From: Octopus bimaculoides
Lineage: Eukaryota
DNA: 64,000 nt
Reading direction: 5' to 3'
NCBI RefSeq assembly: GCF_001194135.2
Contig: NC_068981.1
Span: forward strand, 137,157,167 to 137,221,166
Part shown: positions 25,029-36,969 of the stretch, piece after piece
Layout of the letters: each line of letters starts with the position of its first letter
Numbering within the stretch: position 1 is the first letter of the stretch
Translations under genes and position numbers: made by a program
Notes under the pieces: generated by a model
Databases searched by the model: none
Seen by the model: the letters and a program-made list of their open reading frames with translations, nothing else
What the model was told of the DNA's origin: nothing

Positions 25029-27828
25029 TAAATATATATTCTTTTCTACTCTCGGAACAAGGCCTAAAATTTTGGGGAATGGGGGGAAGTAGATTAGATC
25101 AACCCCAGTACGCAACTGGTACTTAATTTATCGACCCTGAAAGGATGAAAGGCAAAGTCGACCTTGGTGGAATTTGAACTCAGAACGTAAAGACAGACGA
25201 AAAACCGCTAAGCATTTCATCCAGTGTGCTGACAATTCTGTCAGCTCACTACCTTACTAATAAATATATATCAGCAATGAATGTGGTATTAACAAACATG
25301 CATGCACTCTGCACCAAAAGCCTACATGAGAGTTTTTCTCATGGTAAATACCTCAGTAAAGTTTGTTTTAACAGAACATCCATGTTTAAGTGGGAGTAAA
25401 TATTATGTTGTTTTTTGAATTGAGTCACATGTCTTGGAACTAATTATCGACATAATTTCAGATTTGCATGTATTTAATTAAAAAACATTTAACCACAGGT
25501 GCAGGAGTGGCTGTGTGGTAAGTAGCTTGCTTACCAACCACATGGTTCTGGATTCAGTCCCACTGCATGGCACCTTTAAGTCTGAATGAAGCAGTTTTTA
25601 TTGAGTCATCACCCTCCTGGCTGGATCAGAGGCAATGTCTCATTTATGCACCAAACGAGTTTCTCTTTAATTTACAAGCTATGAACTGGTACAATGTTTA
25701 AAAACAAAGAACATAGTACCAGTTTGTGGAGTTGATATTGGCAACAAGGTAAGGTGGTGAGCTGGCAGAATCGTTAGCGCACTGGGCAAAATGCTTAGCA
25801 GTATTTCATCCAAGCACACATTCTGAGTTCAAATTCCACTAAGGCTGACTTTGCCTTTCATCTTTTCAGGGTTGATAAATTAAATACCAGTGAAACACTG
25901 AGGTCGATGTAACTGACTAGTCCCTTCCCACAAAATTTCAGTCCTTGCATATTTAGTGAGAAAGGATATTGGTAACAGGGACTTTCAATAACCGAACCTC
26001 CATCCTTGTTCATCTCACTATGCCTCCCTTCAGTCTCATTTTTAATCATCTACCATTCTCATTTTATACTCTAATAAAATTAGTTGCCCTTTCGTTCCCC
26101 TCCAACCCCTTACATTCATTGTCTTAAACCTTGAGAGTACACTCTAACACCCTGTCATCCCCAACATCTTTATCTTCCTTCCAGCTACTCTCCCCCACCC
26201 TCATTTAATGCAGGGTAGCCATGTATCACCTCTGTAACAAGACATCCATGTTTGCCCTTCGGTCATACTTTACCTTCGACACCTGGCTTAAAGCCACTTT
26301 ACCCTCAGTTAAGGGATTTGTTTCCTTTGTCTTGCTAGTTCCTTGGTGACCTCACTAGGTGCCAGTGTCATGAGAAAAAGCACCCAGTGCAGACTGTAAA
26401 CTGGTTGGCATTAGGAAGGAAATCCAATTATAGAAACCATATCAAAGTTGACAATGGATCTTGATGCAGTCCAACGACTCATTGGATCCTCTCAAAAGGA
26501 TCACTCATATGATAGCATGGAAAACAGATATTAAAAGCTGATAATGATAATGATAATGATTACATGAGGTGTGGCTATTATATCTAATTTGCATATTAAA
26601 ACATTTTTAGACATTCACCAAAAAAAAAAAAAAAATGTCCAAGTGTCAGAAGTTGCCTCTTTCTGGCTATCTTCTAATTATTCCTTTCTTCATTAGCTTT
26701 TGTGATTTCTTGAAATTGTCTTAAATCTTCCTTTGTTGTTGGAGAAAGATTTAATTGTATTGATATCTTTCAGATCTGTATTGATCAACAAATTGTCTGA
26801 TTTGAGAAAGCACTCTCAGATTTGGTGTATTAATCACATGCATTTAAGATTCTGATTAGAGATAGGTGTACGTGTGATTGTTTGGTTAAGAAGTTTGCCT
26901 CCCAACCACATGGTTTCAGGTTCAGTCCTACTGTGTGACATCTTGGTGAAGTATCTTCTACTATAGCCCTGAGCCAATCAAAGCTTCGAGTCGATTTTAC
27001 AGACAGAAACTGAAAGAAGTCTGTCATGTGTTTGTGTCTGTCTTGACAGCACAGGGTTGTAGTAAATGAGAGTCATACATTTCCAATGTTCTGCAAAATT
27101 ATGTCTGGCCAAGGGGAAATATTACTTTGCTGGGAAACAAGTAAGGGTTGGTGATATGATGAAGAGTTTCTGGTCATAAAAAATTTGCCTCATTAATCTC
27201 TGTCCAACCCATGGAAACATGGAAAAGTGGACATTAAAATGGTGACAATGATATTTGTAGCAAATTGTTTTATTGAAATTTATGTAAATACAAAGCATGC
27301 ACTGAAGGTGAACTTACAATTTATCATTGTAGCTCAGCTCCAGGCCAGTTCTGATATAGCAGTTGTATGGTGTAAGACATTCAAGCTAAGACCATCTTAG
27401 TGACCACAATGTCCAATTTTTCTTTCTTCAATAATGGTCAAGTATGCTTTGAGAAAGATTTGACTGCTATTTCAGCAAACCAAGTGATCACATCAAAATC
27501 CACCTATAAGCTTGATTTCTTGCAGTTTACAGTTGCATTTCACAGTCATAAATCTTCAAAATTTCTCCATTTCATCTAACAACTTATTGATTTCGATAAA
27601 ACCTTGTTCATCTGGAGTTAAATGTTTTTGGATGTCTTCCTTGAAAACTCATGTTCATAGATCATGTTGAGAAGCATCAGATTGCAAACCTGTTTTATGC
27701 TTTTGGTCAAAATATTGTGCCATTGATCCTTTTAGCATTCAGATTACTCTGTCAAATGTTATTCCCATTGTTTTGTATAAACTATGTAGCTTTGAGATTT
27801 TGAGGATGAGATTGTTTAGTTTTAGAAT

Positions 27829-28216
27829 TGTTGTTGTTGGCACTCCGTCGCTTACAACGCCGAGAGTTCCAGTTGATCCGATCAATGGAACAGCCTGCTC
27901 GTGAAATTAACGTGCAAGTGGCCGAGCACTCCACAGACACGTGTACCCTTAACGTAGTTCTCGGGGATATTCAGCGTGACACAGTGTGATAAGGCTGACC
28001 CTTTGAATTACAGGTACAACAGAAACAGGAAGTAAGAGTGAGAGAAAGTTGTGGTGAAAGAGTACAGCAGGGTTCGCCACCATCCCCTGCCGGAGCCTCG
28101 TGGAGCTTTAGTTGTTTTCGCTCAATAAACACTCACAACACCCGGTCTGGGAATCGAAACCGCGATCCTATGACTGCAAGTCCGCTGCCCTAACCACTGG
28201 GCCATTGCGCCTCCAC
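27829..28216 (-). mobile_element. Full-length tRNA-derived SINE (same family as 16824) with 12-bp TSD
   Basis: Reverse complement aligns to 16824-17199. TSD TAGTTTTAGAAT at 27817-27828 and 28217-28228. A partial copy is at ~5757-6032 (-). Confidence 0.85.
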
Positions 28217-28829
28217 TAGTTTTAGAATAGCTTCCAAGGATAAGTGTGAGAGGCCAGATCTGACCAGTTTGAAGATAAAACAGGTACAATATTTGGGTTG
28301 GATATGACCAGTAAAAATACTAAAGAGTTAATACCATTCTCTTTCTGAGACCATTCCACAGCGAAATTCATTCTTGTCGTTATCTTTAAGAAATTAACTC
28401 TGAAAGATTCGATGCAAACATTTGGACTAAATTGACAAACAGTTTGTTTGTCTGTTAGGCAGAAACATGGCTAGGTATGTAAAGACAGAATGATTACGGT
28501 TAAAGTTCTTTTACTCAGCCATTTGTCTACTTGATCAGAGCAGACCTGGAGGTGAAATCAACAAAAGTATCCCATATAGCTTTGATACATGGATATTCTA
28601 GCATCTGGTCAACCAGTTGCTAGTTGTCTGCAGACTGACTGATTCTAAAATATGCCATATATAGTAAGCATTATTTTCCCTAGTCTGCTTGTTGTTGTTG
28701 TTATTGTTACTGCTGTTTCAATGGTTCTTTGTTCAATATATTTGTTTCCACCTATTTGTACTAATCTGAGTCTCTTTTGATAAGCACTTCTATTGTTCTA
28801 TGTTATTGTTATATCATAATTCTTATAGC

Positions 28830-29085
28830 AAAGGCATGTGACTTAGTGGTTAGGGTATCTGGTTCACAATCATGAGATTGTGAGTTCAATTCCTGGTGGC
28901 GCATTGTGTCCTTGAGCAAGACAATTTATTTCACATTGCTCCAGTCCACTCAGCCGGCAAAAATGAGTAGTACCTATATTTCAAAGGATCAGCCTTATCA
29001 CATTCTATGGCATGTTGAATCTCCCTGAGAACTATGTTAAGGGGACACATGAGAGTGGAGTGCTTGAGCACTAGCATGTTAATTT
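28830..29085 (+). mobile_element. tRNA-derived SINE family with GTGTCCTTGAGCAAGAC segment (representative)
   Basis: GGCATGTGACTTAGTGG...GAGTTCAATTCC...TGTGTCCTTGAGCAAGAC...CTCCAGTCCACTCAGC. Its 3' half is shared with the 16824 family. Similar copies at ~275-590, 37420-37620, 54160-54480. Confidence 0.7.
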
Positions 29086-30490
29086 CACAAGCCTAACCAC
29101 TGGGATATGTGCCTTGACTCTACAGCCCCACTGTAATTTCAATTGCCTTAAAACACTCAGACATGCTTACAACACTCCTAAATACCACCCTAAAACCCCT
29201 GTCGCCTTCCTGGCACGTGAAAAGACATTTGAGCGAGGTCGTTGCCAGTGCCGCTGGACTGGCTCCTGTGCAGGTGGCACATAAAATACACCATTTTGAG
29301 CGTGGCCGTTGCCAGTACCACCTGACTGGCCTTCGTGCCAGTGGCACGTAAAAGCACCCACTACACTCTCGGAGTGGTTGGCGTTAGGAAGGGCATCCAG
29401 CTGTAGAAACTCTGCCAAATCAGATTGGAGCCTGGTGCAGCCTTCTGGCTTGCCAGTCCTCAGTCAAATCGTCCAACCCATGCTAGCATAGAAAGCGGAC
29501 GTTAAACGATGNNNNNNNNNNNNNNNNNNNNNNNNNNNNNNNNNNNNNNNNNNNNNNNNNNNNNNNNNNNNNNNNNNNNNNNNNNNNNNNNNNNNNNNNN
29601 NNNNNNNNNNNNNNNNNNNNNNNNNNNNNCACTTGTTCTTGCCCCTGTATCCCTTTCTACTCTAGGCACAAGGCTCGAAATTTTGGGGGAGGGGGGGGGG
29701 GCAGTCAATTAGATCAACCTCAGTATGCAACTGGTACTTAATTTATCAACTCCAAAAGGATGAAAGGCAAAGTCAACCTCGGCGAAATTTCAACTCAGAA
29801 CGTAAAGAGACGAAATACCGCTAAGCATTTCGCTCGGCATGCTAACGTTTGTACCAGCTCATTGCCTTCTTGCTCCTTTATCCTACTCTTCCCTCTTAAC
29901 ACCTGGTATAAACCACCTCACTCAATATTGCACTAAGGGTTCTTGTTTTACGAGCTACTTGGCAACCTCATTAGTGCTGGTGACATGAAAAAGTACTCAG
30001 AGTACTCTGTAAAGTGGTTGGCTTTAGGATGGACATCTCGCCATAGAAACCATGCCAAAACAGATATGGGAGTTCAATGTAGTCTCTTGATCTGTTAGAT
30101 CCTGTCAAACCATCCAAGTCATGTCAGCATGGAATATAGATGCTATATGATGATGATGATGAGGATTAGGCAGCAAGCTTGGCAGAATTGTTAGCATGCC
30201 AGGCAAAATGCTTAGCAATATTTTATCTGTCTTTACATTCTAAGTTCAACTTTACCTTTCATCCTTTTGAGATCGATAAAATAAGTACCTGTTGAGGACC
30301 GGAGTCCTCGGTAAGAGTATAAAAACTGCAGCACTCAGCCAAGCCATGTTGAGCCATTGCGGTAGAGTAGGTCCATCAAACCAGTATGATATCAAGCTCA
30401 AATTCACAGCCTCCACATCAGACTGTATTTGGTGGAGAGAACATGCCAAGGCCTTTGTCCTGCTGTGGACTGAATATGGGCAAACCAATC

Positions 30491-30547
<57 letters not shown>

Positions 30548-30989
30548 TACATATGTATCTGTGTGTATACCAGTTGAACACTGGGGTTGATGTATTTAAC
30601 TTAAGTACTTGTGGGTAAGAGTATAAAAGCTTATATTGAGCCAGTGTAGCAGAGTAGGCTCATCAAACCAGTATGATCACATGCTGAGGCCTTTATTCTG
30701 CAGTGGACTGAGCATAGGCAATCCAATCCAATGATGATATGGAATATAGATGATAATAGATTGAGCTGGAAGCCTTTATCAAGATGCCAGTATAACAACT
30801 GGCTGTTTTAACAAACGAGCACTCTGTATCCTATATCTATCATTTCTAGTTAGCTTGCCTTCACAGTAGCAGAGAAGAGCAATGTCTTTTCTCTAAAGTA
30901 GCTAGTAAATGAAATGCAAAGGGAGACAACAAACAAGCAAAATAAATATTTACATCCAGCAGAAAAATAAAAACACAAAAGAACATTTC

Positions 30990-32006
30990 TTCTTTTTTTT
31001 TTTAATATCATATATTTATTTCTAATATTTATCCATTCGGTCATTTATATGTTTCTGTATGTATGTACACAAACACATGCATTTGCAAGTGTGTATATAT
31101 AATATATTTATATATATATGCATACACTCAAAGATTGATATACTTTACCTTCACATACACACACAGGTTTATCTAATAGGACATATTTACAAGATATCTG
31201 TAGTTTTCTTTTAGAAAACACACAGTAAATTTCTTGACTAAAAGAAGTGTTCATCTTTTGTTTCTTTTATTATTTTTTTAAAACTTTTTTTTTGTTTTGC
31301 AATAAATAAAAACAAAGAACCACAAACAAAGTTATTTTCATAACACCCATTTGTCATTTGTTAATGTGAAAATTTTTCAACTGGGAGAAGAAAGATAGAG
31401 ATAGAAGGATAGATTTTAACAACAAAATATTTTATAGTCAAGAAAGGTGGTAGTGGTAGTGGTGGGGAATGGGTATAAAACACTTTGACACATGTTTGTA
31501 TATGTGAATGTATAAATATATCAAAGTTCTGTGTAAATATATTGAAATTCTGTATAAATAAATATGATATACTTTACATTAAAGAAAATTTATTAAAAAA
31601 AAAAAAGAATCCAGTCTTAAGTGTGAAATAACTTTTAGATAGATGTATAATAATTTTGTCAATATAGACAGTACTATATCCTTATCTAGGATACACGATA
31701 AAAAATATTTTAAATATATTTAGAAATAAAAGAAAACAAAATTATTACTAATGTTTTCCCTTAACACTTTTTAACTACTGAAATATTACAAAAAAAAAAA
31801 AAATGTAGAATATATATTATATATATTAATATAAGTCTATGTTGGATGAAATCAAAAGGCGCCAGTATTCATACAGCTAAATCATTCACCATTCTTATTT
31901 ATAATCCATTATATCTCAGAAATTCTTGAGGATTCTTCCCATCCAGAATACATTCTCTCCAAAAGAAGTTGGCAGACAAGTGGTGGTGGTGGTAGTGGTG
32001 ATAGTA

Positions 32007-32040
<34 letters not shown>

Positions 32041-32330
32041 AAACAGAGGTTAAGAATGAAGGTTAGTAATGAAATGGAGAATAATGTATAAAAGATCCAA
32101 GATAAAGATAATAGTGTGCGTGGGCATGCATGTGAACNNNNNNNNNNTGGGTTGTGAGTCGGAACAAATACTACATTTACTCAGAGATTGCCAAGTTAGG
32201 TCGTGCGGGATGTAAAAATAATCCACTTATTTTTCATGAAAGGAAATATTAATTTATGAATCTAATTTACATCCACAATAGATTAGTAAAAATCTGTTAA
32301 TTGATAGATTATTTAATTGTATTTTATCAC

Positions 32331-32376
<46 letters not shown>

Positions 32377-34075
32377 GAATAAACATTAGTAACCAATAAT
32401 GAGGAACCTAATCAATAAGCTTGAAGCAATTAAAGATATATTGCAGCTTCTAAGTGTGTTGTTACAAACTTAAACTTGAATCTAGATTATTAGTAAAGAA
32501 ATCAGTGCCAAAACGAGAAATGTTTATCATTAATTAGACTGAGAAATTTAAAATGTTTGCAGTATTTCTACAACCTTTCAGTGAAATGCTAACCAAATAA
32601 TCACTAACCGAAAACTAGAGACAGCGGAAATTTTGTTCAAATTAATAGACTGTTACTTTTATGTCATTGTCAAGTGTTTAAGAAGTTTCCTTCTCAGTCA
32701 TAAGGTTCCGAGATCAATACCACTGCGTGACACCTTGGGCACGTTTTCTACCATAGTCATGGGTTGACACAAGCCTTGTGAATGAAATTAGGTAGACAGA
32801 GACTGTGTGGAAACTCATCAGGTGGAGTGTACCTGCAAATTCGAAGGCCAGTTTTGTTACACACACAAAGCATCACGCTGATTCTGCCTGAAGATTACAT
32901 TAAAGATACAAGTGGCTGTGGAATGTCCAGCCACCTACACTATTACACAATGAGTACAGAGCTCCACTGATTGGACAAGTGGAACTATAATTTATTGAAG
33001 TTGACACAAGATCCATTCATTCATATCAAGGAATAAGTTTTGATCATTGTTGAAACTTACTAATATAACTGTTTCAACAATTTGCAAACCAGTTTGTTTT
33101 GTTTTTGTTTTTTCCCAAATTGAACGAGAAAAGACATACTATTTGTTTCCAAATGCATACATATGAAAAAACATTATGTCTGGGGTAACTAGCTAGCCTC
33201 ATTACATAGATATTAAAAGAGATTCTCTGTTATACAGTTCCTCTTTATAACAAACATACTAGTACAAAGAAAGAAAAATGAGGTAAGGTTTAAAAAAAAA
33301 AAACAAAATTAAAATAGAGGGTTTCAGAAATACAGAAAATTTGCATTGATTATCTTTTAAATGGAAAAATAATTAATAATTTCAAGCTCAAACAGATTTG
33401 ACTAAAACAGAGAAACATTGTTTTACTTTGTGTATTTTATGTGAGAGAAAAAAAAATTGTGTTCAATTAGATGAAAGGATCACACGGGGGGGAAAAAAAA
33501 AATGAACGAAAATGAGGGTAGCTTACACCTTGGTGACATATATCACTCTCCTCCTACCTTTCGAGGCTGGATCACAAATAGTCAAAAGCTTAAGGGAAAT
33601 AAGAGATGTTGGGGATGAGCACACCGTTTGAGGCACACATATGCACAATCAATTTAATGAGGCACAGATCTGTGATACAAGAAAAGGCTTGAAATATGTG
33701 AAACAAAGTGGAAATTGAATACAAAATGACTCTACTATTAATCAAGTAGGTCAGACACAACCCTTAAAAATTGCTGCTCTGGAACTACTTTGATACAATT
33801 TGCAATTTGAACATAGAATTGTTGGTTTATTTTTCATTTATATACCTCTTTGTTTTTGCTTTTTTTTGCTTTTTTAAATATAAACATCATGACTTCCATC
33901 ATCTTTTATCACCTTTAAACAACTCATAATCATTTTGAAAACAGCTTTTGAAAACATTAGCATAGCTCTCCAAATAAAATTACTATGTCCATTATAATTT
34001 TTACTACAGATAATTTTTCTTTCTTTTTATAAATCATTGTAATTTTAAAGTTTGACATAAATTTCACATAGTTAT
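30990..34075 (-). other. TIGAR: Probable long (~3 kb) U-rich 3' UTR of the TIGAR-like gene
   Basis: Largely unique, very AT-rich sequence with many A-runs on + (U-runs in mRNA). Minus-strand AATAAA at 31015-31020 is followed by a GU/U-rich tract (complement of ~30960-30985). Alternative AATAAA at 31266-31271 and 31589-31594. No transcript evidence available. Confidence 0.4.
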
Positions 34076-35782
34076 TTAAGATGTTTGGGCCACATCTCTA
34101 GGTGTTGATGGTTTTATTTTAGCTAAAAGCTTTGATGAAAGTGGTGATAGGGATTGCAGGGGAGGAGAAGTGGAACAACAATGGTTAACATTTTTGTTGG
34201 TTTTGTTATAGTTGGATGGTGGTGGAATCGGAGAGGGAAGGGAACAAGCTGGAGATGAAGAATATATTTTTGGAGCTTGAATAGAAGGCAGAGTTGAATT
34301 GGAGCCAAGATTCAGTAGATGGTCTTTATCATGGATCAGCAAACACGTTGCAAGAATTTTATTTGGTTCACTAACTGTTATAGTAAACTTTGAAACACCA
34401 GTGTTGGGAGACACACGTAGAGCATGGCTTTTACCACCAGGAAATTTACATTCAAGTTCATCGATAAAAATTCGAATGAGTTCTTTTAAAAATCCCCCAT
34501 GGCTAACAATTAAGACGTCAGCTATACTTTGATGGCAACTATCCCCATCATCAAAACTACTGCTACGACCAGAGCTCATACTAGAGAAGTTAGAATGACG
34601 ATGTTCCAGTAGAGGAGAGAGCGATACATTGGGACAGCCATGCTTTGTTGTCTTTGGACATGGGATGCTCCCTCGAACCTCAGCATCTGTAACTGGTACT
34701 GTGAAAGGAGAGTCATAGCAGGAATCAGAATTCTTAAAACAAAAATCGTCGTCGTCATCATCGTCATCATCGTCGTCATCGTCATCATCACCATCATTAT
34801 CAAGAGTATCATCATATTCATCATCCAAATGAGCTGTGATACTATTATCATCCGAATCTAGTGTCTCACTCTCCTCCTGGAGACTGGAGAAACCAGAACT
34901 ACTTGATGAGTTTGACCTTTTCATGTTTCCTCCAAGGTTACCATTCCCATTGCTAGTATTTGATGCACCATCAGTATGATCAACAATATTGCTATCATTA
35001 GTAGAGGTTCTATTATTATTATTATTATTGTTTAACCTAATATCACCGGGTTTAGCAATACCAGACCCAATGGCTGAATTTATACCATTGGATCCAGTAT
35101 GATTGGGGTTAACATTATTGGCTCCTTTGTCCAAAAGCGTTACAGGCAAAGAGTTTTTTGATACTCTTGCTGTTTCAACCACAACCAAAGAGGAAGAAAC
35201 TGAGTTAATAGATGCACTGTTTTTATTTTCAGGCTTTGCTATTATATCATTTTCACAGCCATCATTCAGTTCGGTGTTATTACTTTCCAAAGATGACAAA
35301 GAATTCCTTGTTCCTGCAGCTACTGCTGGAGTACATCCATCGTTACAGTTCTTATTTCTGCTACTGCTATTTGTCAATTCCTGAACTGAAGAAATCGTCC
35401 CAGAACTTTTATTAGAATTTACAGTGATTCCTTGATCACTGAGAGTTGCTGGGACAGAATGCTTTATTCTGCTGCTGCTCTTTTCACTTACGATTGCAAT
35501 TTCCAGCTTTGAATTTGGGTTATTGTGATGCTTAGCATGTGTGTGTCTTCTCCGCTTGTGTTCACTATCATCGTAAGCTGCAGTCGTTATCACTGGTTTT
35601 ATATTTACTGAGCAATCAGTCTGATCAGTTTTAGGCTGTTCATGCTCTTGTTTTGTACTATTGATTGCATCTATATAGCGGCGCTTAATTGGTGCAGGTA
35701 CATAATTGCCATCTTCTACCTGGCTGCTTTTACGTATTTGATCACACAAATCTTTGAAGAATGATTTTGCCCTTTCTTGCAT
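34076..35782 (-). CDS. TIGAR: TIGAR-like histidine phosphatase, terminal coding exon (568 aa, with large low-complexity insert)
   Basis: The acceptor tgttttag| directly precedes ATG at 35782. The ORF starts MQERAKSFFKDLCDQI (cf. VKMRGIDFFEFLCQLI) and contains VLIVSHGG (second catalytic His), SPNTGVSKF and DHL motifs. Stop TAA at 34076-34078. Confidence 0.93.
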   Translation of the reverse strand: MQERAKSFFKDLCDQIRKSSQVEDGNYVPAPIKRRYIDAINSTKQEHEQPKTDQTDCSVNIKPVITTAAYDDSEHKRRRHTHAKHHNNPNSKLEIAIVSEKSSSRIKHSVPATLSDQGITVNSNKSSGTISSVQELTNSSSRNKNCNDGCTPAVAAGTRNSLSSLESNNTELNDGCENDIIAKPENKNSASINSVSSSLVVVETARVSKNSLPVTLLDKGANNVNPNHTGSNGINSAIGSGIAKPGDIRLNNNNNNNRTSTNDSNIVDHTDGASNTSNGNGNLGGNMKRSNSSSSSGFSSLQEESETLDSDDNSITAHLDDEYDDTLDNDGDDDDDDDDDDDDDDDFCFKNSDSCYDSPFTVPVTDAEVRGSIPCPKTTKHGCPNVSLSPLLEHRHSNFSSMSSGRSSSFDDGDSCHQSIADVLIVSHGGFLKELIRIFIDELECKFPGGKSHALRVSPNTGVSKFTITVSEPNKILATCLLIHDKDHLLNLGSNSTLPSIQAPKIYSSSPACSLPSPIPPPSNYNKTNKNVNHCCSTSPPLQSLSPLSSKLLAKIKPSTPRDVAQTS

Positions 35783-36858
35783 CTAAAACAGAAAAAGAAA
35801 GATATATTCAGTAAAACAATGCTTTAATAAAATGGTACTAATTGGAAAAACCAATTATAAATTATATAAAAAAGTGTCTTTTAGTCAGTATGTATAAATC
35901 ACTTTAGAATGTATCTTCCACAAAATTATTACAATAAAAATCAGGGTCTAAAGAAGAAATTATTATATGCCAACTAAACCAGTAAATGAAAATGTTTTAA
36001 GCTCTTTATATAAACATATTGACAGATATATATTTTGGTTAACACTTAAAGCTGATAATATTTTTAAAATCTCTTTCAGTCCAAGAGAAAGGACAAACCT
36101 CCTCCCATGACCCATTACAAAACTTTAGGAGAGGAGGGAATGTATCCTAGAACAAGAAACCTAACTTGGATGCTTGCTACTGAGTGGATCCTGTTACTTT
36201 ACTGAGCCTTAATCTAATGGTTAGGGTGGTGCACTCGTGATCATGGTTTCAATTCCTAGACCGGGTGGTGTGTTGTGTTCTTGAGCAAAATACTTCATCC
36301 CATGTTGCTCTATGATCACTTCGACACCTGATACGTGGCACACTGTGCACTTGTTCCGGCAACGTTAATTTGATGAAAGGAGTGAGCTAATGAACAGCAC
36401 ATACATTTGATCACTATAAACAAATCATTTGTGCAGGTCGTTTGACAAAAGCTGAGCGCTCATATGTCGTCTTTGATGGGATATTCTATCATCATTATTA
36501 TTATTAGTTTACATGTTGGTATCACATAAAAAGCACTCAAGCCAATACCATGTAAAAGTGCTTGTGCCATTGGTATATTAAAAGTACCCAGCACACACTG
36601 TAAAGTGGTTGGCATTAGGAAGGGCATCCAGCTGTGGAAGCGAAGCCAAATCAAACTGGAGTCTGGTGCAGCTTCCCAGCATGCCAGCTCTGGTCAAACA
36701 GCCCAACCCATGCCAGCATGGACAACAGGCATTAAAGGATGATGATGGTAATTGATGATTAATGATGATGATGATGATGAATGAGATGATGATGCTGATT
36801 GATTATTATTATTATTATTATTGACTGTATGATGATGATGATGTTGTAAAAGAATTAC

Positions 36859-36969
36859 CTGTTGTAGAGTTTCTGCGCCAGTTGGTGTATAATTGGCCAC
36901 AGAAGTATTTATTTTTTTGGCAGCAGTCACCAGTTCACGATAACCTTTTCCCTCAATGATACCAAATTT
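36859..36969 (-). CDS. TIGAR: TIGAR-like histidine phosphatase, 111-nt coding exon
   Basis: ttttag|AAA TTT GGT ATC ATT GAG GGA ... ACT CTA CAA CAG|gtaatt = KFGIIEGKGYRELVTAAKKINTSVANYTPTGAETLQQ, matching TIGAR KYGVVEGK...FTPPGGETLDQ. Phase 0 at both ends. Confidence 0.93.

Noticed and set aside
28459-28474. Plus-strand 16-nt micro-exon (ttag|GCAGAAACATGGCTAG|gtatgt)
   Set aside because: The splice-like signals are good, but I found no phase-compatible partner exons or protein homology.
34299-35415. Short plus-strand and alternative-frame ORFs overlapping the TIGAR last exon
   Set aside because: Shadow ORFs of the real minus-strand coding sequence.
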